Shown: positions 21,201-29,761 of the stretch, piece by piece | Position numbering within the stretch: position 1 is the stretch's first letter | Layout: the number at the start of each line of letters is the position of its first letter | NCBI GenBank assembly: GCA_031285625.1 | Contig: JAITVV010000089.1 | Span: 1 to 64,000 of the forward strand | DNA length: 64,000 nt | Reading direction: 5' to 3' | From: Prevotella sp. | GTDB lineage: Bacteria > Bacteroidota > Bacteroidia > Bacteroidales > Dysgonomonadaceae | The notes under the pieces: model-generated | Databases searched by the model: none | What the model was told of the DNA's origin: nothing | What the model saw: only the letters and a program-made list of their open reading frames with translations | Program-made: the position numbers and the translations under genes

Positions 21201-22529
21201 TATCAGACCGTTGCTGATAAATATTGATTTAATATCCTGTCCGCCAATATCCAGAACAAACGATACGTTTGGGTCTACATACTGTGCTCCCGAAAGGTGA
21301 GCAATGGTTTCCACAATGCCGTAATCAAGCCCAAGTGCAGATTTCATTAAGTCTTCACCGTAACCTGTAGCAGCAGAAGAAAGGAATTTTACAGTCACAC
21401 ACTTTTCCTCAGCTTCTTTATAGAATAAGGATAATCCTTCCATCACTTTTTTCAATGGATTACCTTCATTGTTTCCGTAGAATTTGTAGATAATGTTTGC
21501 ATCGGTATCCATTACCACAACTTTAGATGTAGTGGAGCCGGAATCTATACCCAGAAAACATTCTACATATTTATCTGTACCCAGTTCTTTAAATTTAAGA
21601 GCCTTTACATTGCGGTTTGCATCCCATGAGATATATTCAAGCTCATCCTTGAATAGTGGTTCAAGGGCATCAGTATGATTTGAGGAAGTAGATTCAGAGA
21701 GTTTAGCAACGAGTTCTTTCAGGTCAAAAATAGTAGCATCTTCCTCTTCATAAAGGGCAGAACCCCATGCCGGAAAATATTCTCCATTTTCAGGAACGAT
21801 AATATCCGAATCCTGTATTTTCAAGACTTCGCGGAAAGCATTCCGTAAAGCAGGAATAAATGTTAATGGACCTCCAATGCAAATTACTTTGGGAATAACA
21901 TCACAACCACGCGCCAGTGTAGTTACAGACTGTAAAGCTACAGCATGAAGAATAGAAGCTGAAATATCCGAAACCGGAATATTACGGCTGATCAGGTTTT
22001 GCACATCCGTCTTGGCAAATACACCACAGCGGGATGCTATAGGATATATCTTGTCAAAGTCAAGCGCTTTTACACCCAGTTCTTCAATGGAAATATTCAT
22101 CAGGCTGGCCATCTGGTCGATAAATGCACCTGTACCTCCTGCACAACTCCCATTCATACGGATATCAGGATGACGCCCTTCGTTAAAGAACACCATCTTG
22201 GCATCTTCGCCTCCCAGGTCGATCAGCGTATGTGCAGCCGGATATACATTCTTTACCACTTCTACAGCAGCCACTACTTCCTGTACAAAAGAAATACCAA
22301 CGCGCTCACCGATACCCATACCGGCAGACCCTGATATATTTATAGTAAATTCCGCATCAGGATATAGTTCTATAACCTTTTGCAGTTCTGCAATCAGTGT
22401 TTGCTGTATATTAGCCTGATGCCGGCAATATGATTTGTAAATGATTTGTAAGTCAGTATTTAGAACTACAATCTTCACAGTTGTTGACCCTACATCAACT
22501 CCCATTTTGTATTGCTGTCTTGTATTCAT
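18282..22529 (-). CDS. Acyl-CoA dehydratase activase-related multidomain protein (two BadF/BcrA-type ATPase modules plus a DUF2229/HgdAB-like region)
   Basis: Two GxDxGSTT and DxGGxD motifs; CAGGTG and CSAGCG Fe-S motifs; SFGCGPD and QPFGC. Confidence 0.85.
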   Translation of the reverse strand: MNTRQQYKMGVDVGSTTVKIVVLNTDLQIIYKSYCRHQANIQQTLIAELQKVIELYPDAEFTINISGSAGMGIGERVGISFVQEVVAAVEVVKNVYPAAHTLIDLGGEDAKMVFFNEGRHPDIRMNGSCAGGTGAFIDQMASLMNISIEELGVKALDFDKIYPIASRCGVFAKTDVQNLISRNIPVSDISASILHAVALQSVTTLARGCDVIPKVICIGGPLTFIPALRNAFREVLKIQDSDIIVPENGEYFPAWGSALYEEEDATIFDLKELVAKLSESTSSNHTDALEPLFKDELEYISWDANRNVKALKFKELGTDKYVECFLGIDSGSTTSKVVVMDTDANIIYKFYGNNEGNPLKKVMEGLSLFYKEAEEKCVTVKFLSSAATGYGEDLMKSALGLDYGIVETIAHLSGAQYVDPNVSFVLDIGGQDIKSIFISNGLISNIELNEACSAGCGSFLQNFASTMNMQLSDFARAACLAKYPSDLGSRCTVFMNSKVKQSLRENAGNDDIAAGLAYSVVKNCLFKVLKISNLNLLGDHIVVQGGTFRNDAVYRALEMLSGKTVSSTDHPELMGALGAALYAHRLWEKKQNETTFSGKEALFDLATIDSKELTCKGCTNMCSVLRFKFNNGNISYAGNKCEKVFFNKNVERREGYNAFDQKNDILFSRPVNADNINKGKTIGIPRVLNMFDNYPFWHTLFTECGFNVRLSPESTFPLYQKGVGGVMSDNICFPAKLVHGHILSLIESKVDRIFYPIVPKEEKEFGQASNSFNCPVVSGYPDVIQSSIDPSGRHGIPFDEPVITFSSDKALAKGCFNYLSSLGVSKDTFQKAFQKAVAVKDGLKQELYGYQKELLDKALETGELTFVVAGRPYHTDPLIHQKVGQILSDLGVTVLTDDVFRKPESHGFGKLNIVSQWSYPNRVVQAAMEVAKLPQNVQLIQLNSFGCGPDSFFMDETRDILKAVGKNITVLRIDEIASPGSIRLRLRSLVESLKAVKSYDVVSDNHYRGYSVPYKKATDKNKTILLPWLCDFISPFAPALGELLGLKVQNLPKSNKISADLGLMYGNNEVCYPSTLVLGDIINALQSGNYDVKDIVLAITQTGGQCRATNYIAQIKTGLQNAGFNDIPVIALTSGETYQNDESEFTLEWKKVAKLAIPIVLYGDGLQQMHSTISVREKKEGASQEVFDFYIERGIDAIRAKDAKTLFRLLKEAVEDFNNVPIYNKEYSKVGLIGEIFVKYNNYAQANISEWLRSRNVEVSTPPLLDFLMQFFVNSKVNVANGLDEETIFSKTLKPLIWWYINRKVKKSEKILSKFKFYEASESIYAKAEAAAEVLNLSNQFGEGWLIPGEIAHYARKGVNKVVCLQPFGCIANHIVAKGVEKRIKEIYPNMNILYLDIDGGIAEVNLQNRLHFMI

Positions 22530-22540
22530 TATCGTGTAGA

Positions 22541-23182
22541 TTATTTTTGTTTTATTTCATTTTCGCACGGTTTCAGTGCGTTTATTGTAAACTGTATGAC
22601 ATATTTCTCATGATTGGCTATCAGTTCGTTATATATGCCTGATGGGATCTCCATTAAGGTCATGGCCAGATTACCAAACATAAATGGAAACATGCACATA
22701 GAAAGTATATTCAACAGGAAATCGGCAGCAGGAGTTTCCCTGATCGTACCCTTTTTTATTTCCTCCTCTATGCGCTCTTCAATCTTGCTATAAGAACCAT
22801 ATGGATTACGTTTTTTAATCCGCTGGGTCAGTCCTTCCGGATTCAGGCTTACCTCATTCAGGATAAATGCTGCTATCTGGGGATACTCGAAAAGTACCTC
22901 ATAGTATGTGTGAATCCACATTTCTATCAACTCAAAAAACGGCAGATCTGAATTTATGGTAGCAAATATTCTTTTTGTGAAAATGTCAAGGGCATCTTCA
23001 AAGATAATCTCAAATAAATTATATTTCGACTGGAAATAGTAATTTACCATCGCTACATTCGTGCCGGAAGCCTTAGCTATATCCCTGACACTGGTACCTT
23101 TGTAGCCGTTTTTGATGAAAAGGATTTGCGCCTCCTTCAATATCCGCTTGCGGACTTCGGAAGATTCTTCATTGTTAAACAT
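22541..23182 (-). CDS. TetR/AcrR-family regulator
   Basis: HTH: GYKGTSVRDIAKASGTNVAMVNYYF; start taken at MFNNEE. Confidence 0.9.
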   Translation of the reverse strand: MFNNEESSEVRKRILKEAQILFIKNGYKGTSVRDIAKASGTNVAMVNYYFQSKYNLFEIIFEDALDIFTKRIFATINSDLPFFELIEMWIHTYYEVLFEYPQIAAFILNEVSLNPEGLTQRIKKRNPYGSYSKIEERIEEEIKKGTIRETPAADFLLNILSMCMFPFMFGNLAMTLMEIPSGIYNELIANHEKYVIQFTINALKPCENEIKQK

Positions 23183-23244
23183 GTGTTCTAAACGATTGTT
23201 TAGTTGCAAAAATAAACAAGATTATTTGGCTAAACAAGTGTTTA
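23176..23244. promoter_or_regulatory. Candidate TetR operators TAAAC-N4-GTTTA flanking a -7 promoter element
   Basis: Palindromes at 23189-23202 and 23231-23244, imperfect copy at 23176-23189; TATTTTTG on the minus strand at 23207-23214. Confidence 0.65.
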
Positions 23245-23319
23245 ACTCTATTTTTGAAAATATTAGTTCAAATTATAGGGGTTGCTCCTATTATATTATG
23301 AGATTAAAGCCTAACAAAC

Positions 23320-24036
23320 ATGAAACGGATTTTCTTTACAAACCTACTATTTTTCTTATTCTTTCTAGCCCCCCCTACGGCATTTGCAACAGGCCCCTCC
23401 TATGTGTGGTCCGAAATGAACCCTGTTTCGATTAATGACAAAGGAGAAATACTTTGCCGGACTAGATTTCTTACAAACGATACCGGTGGACATTGGTATC
23501 AAAGATTCGAATACGGCTTGTGTGTTATCAGTAATGGCAAGATTATCGAGTTTATAACAAAGATACTCGATCCCGAAATTATAGATGAAGATACTGACAG
23601 ACCCAAAGGGAAGGTTACGGGCGAGGAATATTGGGAGTTAACAAAACATTGGGACTGGATATATAAAACAGGACTTGATTTTCAAAAACTGAGCAAACAG
23701 CAACAGCGAATTTGTGAACAGTATGGCTTTAAGGAAAACAATGCCGAAAAATTCAAGACAGACAAGAAAATGAAAGTAAAGGACTTTGAGAAAGAGAAAA
23801 ATATTAGCCTTACAGAAAATAAGCAATTGGCGCTAAAAACTGTCAAGAGCGTTTCTTACGACAACCGATCCTTGCATATTTTATATGATTTTGGAAACAT
23901 AATAATATTCAATAATACATATAATGAAGATTCGCAAACTGATACCGGCGCAAGTTTCAGTTATGTAAATCCTTTATTCGGAGGAATCGAATATGAGTAT
24001 TATAAAATAACTGGAGCATTGTTTTTGAGTAATTAA
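23320..24036 (+). CDS. Exported hypothetical protein
   Basis: Sec signal ending AFA; no recognised motif. Confidence 0.7.
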   Translation: MKRIFFTNLLFFLFFLAPPTAFATGPSYVWSEMNPVSINDKGEILCRTRFLTNDTGGHWYQRFEYGLCVISNGKIIEFITKILDPEIIDEDTDRPKGKVTGEEYWELTKHWDWIYKTGLDFQKLSKQQQRICEQYGFKENNAEKFKTDKKMKVKDFEKEKNISLTENKQLALKTVKSVSYDNRSLHILYDFGNIIIFNNTYNEDSQTDTGASFSYVNPLFGGIEYEYYKITGALFLSN

Positions 24037-24121
24037 GGCTATATGCTTTTCCATGTATTGTACAGTTGCTCATATAAAAATAAAATGGTTCCTTTGAAAA
24101 CTTAATTACAACTACTTAACT

Positions 24122-25059
24122 ATGAATTTTTATAAAAACCTGCTATTCTTTTCATTTTTGTTTATAGCATTTGCTTATAGTTGCAACAAACCAAAAACGG
24201 ACATAGGCGAGATTCGAAATCGTGTTATAAAAGTAGAGTCATCCATAATAGACTCAATAAAGCATCCATATATAGAGCTCACATATAACGATGCTGGATT
24301 TCTAGAGAAGTCCGTTACTACTATTTATAAAACACTAAGTAATGGCAAAACAAAATTACTCAATAGCAGAACCTGCAACTATACGCATTACGGAAATAAA
24401 ATAACAATCTCAGGTGTAAATGAAAAGATCGATTCTATTTCAGATGAGGTAACCGTCAAAGATATAAAGATTGAACTGGAAATAGGCCAGCATAACAGAA
24501 TTATTAAAAGAACGGATTATAAGAATGATTTCAATGAGGCACCACTTATTGATACTTTTGAATGGAGTGATGATAAAATAATAAAGAAAAAAAGATATCT
24601 GGAAGGCGTAACCCAAGATGGATTGTTTGAAAGTATAACAGAATACAGCTATAAAGATGGAAACCTGGTAGAAGGAATAACCAGTTTTATAGTAGAAATA
24701 AATGATGTACACACAAGTAGTATAGATACCATCAAGTGTGAATATGATACTACCTTACCAAACCATTATACAATACAATTCCCTAACGAATATGAATTAT
24801 CATATAATGATATTTCTTTTTTTCCTATTCGCTGCTCAAAAAACCTTACCTCTTCCATATCTTATACAATAGTACCAATCTCAAAACAAGAGGAGAATAC
24901 ACAGTATTGTCAACATTCACCCTGGATGAAAATGAACGGATATTAACAAGAACAGATACAGGGAACAGCTATCAAGAGATAAACAATATGGTCGATCCAC
25001 TTCAAAACAAAAAAGTGACTAACGAATACGAAATAAAACTGTACTATACATATAAATAA
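24122..25059 (+). pseudogene. Lipoprotein (DUF4595-like beta-repeat) with an apparent frameshift near 24860-24895
   Basis: Lipobox YSC; the listed ORF ends at 24946, but another frame continues GEYTVLSTFTLDENERILTRTD...IKLYYTYK to TAA at 25057-25059. Confidence 0.6.
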
Positions 25060-25066
25060 AGATATA

Positions 25067-25813
25067 TCACAACTGAAGCAGACCAAGCGCCCTCTCCATA
25101 TCCTCAGGGGTATCGATCCCTATTGTTTCCACGTCAGTATAACCTACACGGATACGGTAACCATTTTCTATCCAACGGAGTTGTTCCAGAGATTCGGCTT
25201 TCTCCAAAGATGATTGAGGCAATTGTGTAATCTTTTCCAGTACATCCACACGGTAAGCATACATGCCTATATGTTTATAAAATGTATGTTTATCGAGCCA
25301 TTCAGTATGATGCACATCTCGTATATACGGAACGATGGAACGGCTGAAATATATAGCCTCATTCTTTTTATTAATAACTACTTTAGGCGAATTTGGATTA
25401 AATAATGTATCGAATCCATCTTCTTTTCTAAAAGGTTTTACGAGTGTGGCCAGTTCAACTTCCACACCATCAAAACAATTTTTCAATGACTCAATCTGCT
25501 CTGGTTGAATAAAAGGTTCATCCCCCTGAATATTGATCACCACATCAAAATCTTTATTTATCCTTAGATAAGCTTCCTGTATCCTATCTGTTCCACTCTT
25601 GTGATTTGCAGAGGTCATTACAGCTTTGCCCCCAAACGCTTCCACCGCATCAGAAATACGGGAGTCGTCAGTAGCTACCCATACTTCATCTACTGCCTTT
25701 TTCACTTGTTCATATACACGTTGGATCATCGGTTTACCACCCATATCAGCTAAAGGCTTACCAGGAAAACGGGTAGAGGCATATCGCGCCGGAATAATTG
25801 CTATAAATTTCAT
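25067..25813 (-). CDS. kdsB: 3-deoxy-manno-octulosonate cytidylyltransferase
   Basis: IPARYASTRFPGKPL, NIQGDEP and ESLEQLR motifs. Confidence 0.97.
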   Translation of the reverse strand: MKFIAIIPARYASTRFPGKPLADMGGKPMIQRVYEQVKKAVDEVWVATDDSRISDAVEAFGGKAVMTSANHKSGTDRIQEAYLRINKDFDVVINIQGDEPFIQPEQIESLKNCFDGVEVELATLVKPFRKEDGFDTLFNPNSPKVVINKKNEAIYFSRSIVPYIRDVHHTEWLDKHTFYKHIGMYAYRVDVLEKITQLPQSSLEKAESLEQLRWIENGYRIRVGYTDVETIGIDTPEDMERALGLLQL

Positions 25814-25896
25814 ATTACTAAGTGTTATTATACAAAGGTATGAATATAAAATTGTCTAATTATATGAGATCTTTGAAATATGGAATAACAGCAAAT

Positions 25897-26004
25897 AAGG
25901 TTACACTTAAAAACATATAAAAAAGCTGTTACTTTTGTCACCTTTTGAGTATAAACAGATGATTATATACATTTTAATCTTTATTCATTTTGTCACCTTT
26001 TTGA
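25897..26004 (-). repeat. Dispersed intergenic AAAGTRACA element, copy B (inverted relative to A)
   Basis: tgttacttttgtcacctttt (25927-25946) is the exact reverse complement of 7387-7406; a second tgtcac lies 55 bp further out. Confidence 0.75.
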
Positions 26005-26062
26005 GTAATAAGTATACCTGTTAATTTATATCTTTGTAAGTAATACCTAAAAAACTCAAAAT

Positions 26063-27175
26063 ATGCCCATCTCACGTCGATCTTTTTTAAAGAGAGCAAC
26101 TCTTGGTGCTTTAGCTGTATCAGCATTTCCGCAGATTCTATCTGCAAATAACAGCTCAAAAGCTTTTATAGATAAACTACTTCCGGCACCAGTCGGTGGA
26201 GGATTCCAGATGGATGATTACTGGATTTGGGGTTCATCGGTGATTAAAGGTGACGACGGAAAATACCATATGTTTGCTGACCGCTGGCTGAAGAACATCG
26301 GATTTCAGGGCTGGGTAACCAACTCACAGGTTGTGCATGCAATATCGGACACCCCTGAGGGCCCTTATATTTTTTCGGATGTTGCATTGCCTGTAAGAGG
26401 CCCTGAATATTTTGACGGACTGGTAACTCATAACCCAAGGATAATATTCTTTAAAGGAACCTATTATTTATATTATTTTGGTACAACATATGATTTTCCA
26501 GTTCCACAAGCAGGTACACAATGGCAGGATGACTGGTTTGAACGGGCATGGATGAACAAACGTATTGGCGTAGCCTGGTCTAAATCCCTATACGGGCCAT
26601 GGCACAGGCCGGAGCATCCGGCTATAGAACCCCGTCCGGGAAAATGGGATGCTACCATCACAACAAACCCCTCACCTGTAATCAATCCTATTACAGGAAA
26701 AATACTCCTGATGTATAAATCGTCGCCGGTAAACTCCGCCCCTCCTTTATTGTTAGGCGTGGCTGAAGCTGACGACCCACTGGGAGAATATAGACGTCTG
26801 TCGGATGATCCTATATTCAGGTTTGACACTCCGGATAATCAGGATAATGATGTAGAAGATCCTTTTGTATGGCACAATGGAAAAGAATATGAATTAATAA
26901 TGAAAGACCGTTTTGGTCATATCTGTGGAGAAGAGGGAGGCGGAGTACATGCCACATCCAAAGATGGAGTTAAGTGGAACTTATCAAATCCTGTTAAAGC
27001 TTATTCGCGGACAATAAGATGGAATGATGGATCGGTTAGCCTCCAAGCAAACTTTGAACGCCCGTTCCTGCTTACGGAGAATGGGAAACCAACACATTTA
27101 TTTGCTGCAACAGGATCAGGCCCTCAACCCTGGAACTTTGAAAAAACATGGAATATGGTTATACCTTTGAAGTAA
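26063..27175 (+). CDS. Tat-exported five-bladed beta-propeller glycoside hydrolase (GH43/GH32-like clan)
   Basis: SRRSFLK twin-arginine signal; WIWGSS, HNPRI, EDPFVW and ERP motifs; TATCTTTG promoter at 26029-26036. Confidence 0.8.
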   Translation: MPISRRSFLKRATLGALAVSAFPQILSANNSSKAFIDKLLPAPVGGGFQMDDYWIWGSSVIKGDDGKYHMFADRWLKNIGFQGWVTNSQVVHAISDTPEGPYIFSDVALPVRGPEYFDGLVTHNPRIIFFKGTYYLYYFGTTYDFPVPQAGTQWQDDWFERAWMNKRIGVAWSKSLYGPWHRPEHPAIEPRPGKWDATITTNPSPVINPITGKILLMYKSSPVNSAPPLLLGVAEADDPLGEYRRLSDDPIFRFDTPDNQDNDVEDPFVWHNGKEYELIMKDRFGHICGEEGGGVHATSKDGVKWNLSNPVKAYSRTIRWNDGSVSLQANFERPFLLTENGKPTHLFAATGSGPQPWNFEKTWNMVIPLK

Positions 27176-27232
27176 GTTTTTTGAGGCTATCTTCTCCTAC
27201 TTTAGAAAATGGAATGTATATTTGCACCCATT

Positions 27233-27601
27233 ATGAATAAAGCCCTGCTTAGCATAGGAACCAATGAAGACAAGGAACTAAATTTAGATCTTTGCCATCA
27301 ATTACTTGGTAACTCCTTTGAGCAAATATCTTACTCTGATACCTCTATCACCACGCCATACGGTAATAGTTATAAAAATGATTTCCTTAACCAACTGGCA
27401 ATAATTTACACAGACCAGAAGAGAGAGGATGTTTATAAACTGCTGAAATTAATAGAGACACAAATAGGAAGAAATCCTTCGGATAAAGAAAGGGGCATTG
27501 TAAAAATTGATATCGATTTAGTCATCTGGAATGATAAAATATTAAAGCCTGCCGATATTAGCCGCAGCTATATTAAAGACTTACTCGCCAGCCTGCAATA
27601 A
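27233..27601 (+). CDS. Short FolK/HPPK-like protein
   Basis: LSIGTN, FLNQ, IE..IGR and IDIDL motifs; TATATTTG at 27217-27224 supports the later start. Confidence 0.75.
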   Translation: MNKALLSIGTNEDKELNLDLCHQLLGNSFEQISYSDTSITTPYGNSYKNDFLNQLAIIYTDQKREDVYKLLKLIETQIGRNPSDKERGIVKIDIDLVIWNDKILKPADISRSYIKDLLASLQ

Positions 27602-27603
27602 TA

Positions 27604-28704
27604 TCAGAGTTTGCTTATTTTCTTACTCAACAACATATTGCTGAATAAAGAAATAAGTTTCTTCTCTACAAACTTATGATAAGCAATACCCAAAACCGCT
27701 GAAGCAACTACCAAAAGGATTATAAGCAGATCAGGATTAACCATCGTAAGTTCTTTTTTTAAGGTGCTGTTTAACACAAAGAATAGTATAGGATGGATCA
27801 GATAAATGGAAAATGACGCATCACCTAATAATAGAAGGCTATCCTTTTTAGGAAAATGCAAAGATGTCTTTCTCTCCCAGAATAAGAAACATATTAATAA
27901 TAAAGTAGTTGGTACACCAAATACAATAAGCCTATGCCATGTAAATATGCCATTATTTATAAGAAATGCTTCTCCTACTTGTCCATGGCCATTAATAAGT
28001 AAATAAATTAAAATAGCCATAGCGACCAATCCTAAAGACAAGGGAATAAGAATATTAACTTTATTTATTTTCCTATAAATTACAGCAATCAACATACCTA
28101 CTCCAAATTCGAGAAACATGGGGTTTGTAATAAAGGTATAATGAATTTCATGTACAGGAAAGAAAAAGCCAATAAGAAAAAGCACAAAGAATAGAGAAAA
28201 TAAATATATCTCGCGTCCCTTAACAATAGAGAAACCGATAAATACAGCATAGAAAATATAGAAAAGCCATTCATAACTCAATGTCCAACCAACATATAAT
28301 ATGGGATAAACAAATTCATCCCCCGAATCAAATATAGGTACAATAGTTATAGTCTTTAATATACTATCCAACGAAAACAGGGAACCCTGGAATATTAAAT
28401 AACAAAGAAGCAATATCAGAGAAGAAACATAATAGACAGGATTAATTCTTGTAAACTTCTTTTTGATGAAGTAAATAAAATTTTTCCACCCGGATTCTTC
28501 ATGAGACATGTAACAAATAATAAAGCCTGATATAATGAAAAATATATCTACTCCACATAGCCCAATTGATTTCAGAAAATAGAAATTTTCCTGCAAAGAT
28601 ACTCCTCCACACGATTGCTGTAAATTGACAGCGTGGACATAAACAACGGCTAATGCTGCAAGTCCTCTAAGATACTGCACAGAATAAAGCTTGTCTTTTG
28701 ACAT
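27604..28704 (-). CDS. Acyltransferase 3 family membrane protein
   Basis: LRGLAA, GVDIFFIISGF, WTLSYE and GDASFSIYLIH motifs. Confidence 0.88.
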   Translation of the reverse strand: MSKDKLYSVQYLRGLAALAVVYVHAVNLQQSCGGVSLQENFYFLKSIGLCGVDIFFIISGFIICYMSHEESGWKNFIYFIKKKFTRINPVYYVSSLILLLCYLIFQGSLFSLDSILKTITIVPIFDSGDEFVYPILYVGWTLSYEWLFYIFYAVFIGFSIVKGREIYLFSLFFVLFLIGFFFPVHEIHYTFITNPMFLEFGVGMLIAVIYRKINKVNILIPLSLGLVAMAILIYLLINGHGQVGEAFLINNGIFTWHRLIVFGVPTTLLLICFLFWERKTSLHFPKKDSLLLLGDASFSIYLIHPILFFVLNSTLKKELTMVNPDLLIILLVVASAVLGIAYHKFVEKKLISLFSNMLLSKKISKL

Positions 28705-28818
28705 TACGATTGCGTTTATGCAAAAGTATGTAAAATATTTAATAAATATATCAAATAAAGACTATTTTATATAGGCTTATTTTATTCATATTAAGCCCAT
28801 TACAAAATATAGAATATT

Positions 28819-29676
28819 TTACTTCCACAGTTTAGCCTGTATCTGCTGAATTATCTTTTCACTATCATCATTAAACTTTCTGGCAAAGAAAGGAAATCGT
28901 TTTCCATACTCATCATTAAACTCAATGTGAGATTTCAGAAATTCGATATGGCGTTCTTCAATAGTTGCCGGAGGTATAGCTACTTCCCAATCTGTATAAG
29001 TAAGATTTGAAGCCGTTTGGTCCAGAAATGGGGAATTACCTATAATTGTCTGAAAAAAAGCCTCATCCGGAACTAAAGTATGACGAAAGAAATCGATATA
29101 TCTTTTGTCTTCTTCTATTGTTTTAAGTATATACTGAACACATGTGTTCGTAAGTGCAAACCACTGTGACCCTGCATATAGTTTAAATGGTGCTTTTCTT
29201 TTTATCTGTAGCTTCTTAAAGAGAACCTCCAATAGAAATTTTGGATTATAGTGTTTTAGATTGCGGCGATCATAATCGAAGTAGTAATATTCATATCTTT
29301 CAGCAGGTTTAAAAGGAACAGGCACCGGCACAATATCGATATATTCTTTCTTCTTTTCCAACAGATCATTTAAAAATGCCTTGGAACGAATAGGATAATC
29401 CACCCCGCTGATCAATATATAATAATCAGCCTCAGAGGAATTCCCTATTGCGTACTTCAATAAAGCTAATGTGGCCTCAATCATAGCAAAGCCTCCCCAA
29501 TTGATATCTATATGGGTAGGAATAATAGCTACATTCTCGCGGGAAGGAGTGTATTTATTTTCCGTCTTTTTATCTATATGAATGTAGAATACACTATCCG
29601 GATCATCCAGGGCATTGATTAAACGATCCAGATGTTTAAAGTTATTATGTGTCAATATCAGATAGCAAATCTTCAT
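28819..29676 (-). CDS. GT14 beta-1,6-N-acetylglucosaminyltransferase-like protein
   Basis: YIHID, WGG, SGVDYP, GSQWF, PDE.FFQT and FARKF motifs. Confidence 0.88.
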   Translation of the reverse strand: MKICYLILTHNNFKHLDRLINALDDPDSVFYIHIDKKTENKYTPSRENVAIIPTHIDINWGGFAMIEATLALLKYAIGNSSEADYYILISGVDYPIRSKAFLNDLLEKKKEYIDIVPVPVPFKPAERYEYYYFDYDRRNLKHYNPKFLLEVLFKKLQIKRKAPFKLYAGSQWFALTNTCVQYILKTIEEDKRYIDFFRHTLVPDEAFFQTIIGNSPFLDQTASNLTYTDWEVAIPPATIEERHIEFLKSHIEFNDEYGKRFPFFARKFNDDSEKIIQQIQAKLWK

Positions 29677-29761
29677 ATAGAAAGCGTTTATTATAAACAC
29701 AAAAGTAAAGAAAAAAGGTTACTTCTTCCGAAATAACCTTTCCATTATTTTATTATGATAA

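Noticed and set aside
25933-26007. Two ttttgtcacctttt(t)gagta direct repeats about 55 bp apart as a mini-CRISPR
   Set aside because: Only two short repeats, no cas genes or leader; better explained as part of the dispersed GTRACA element
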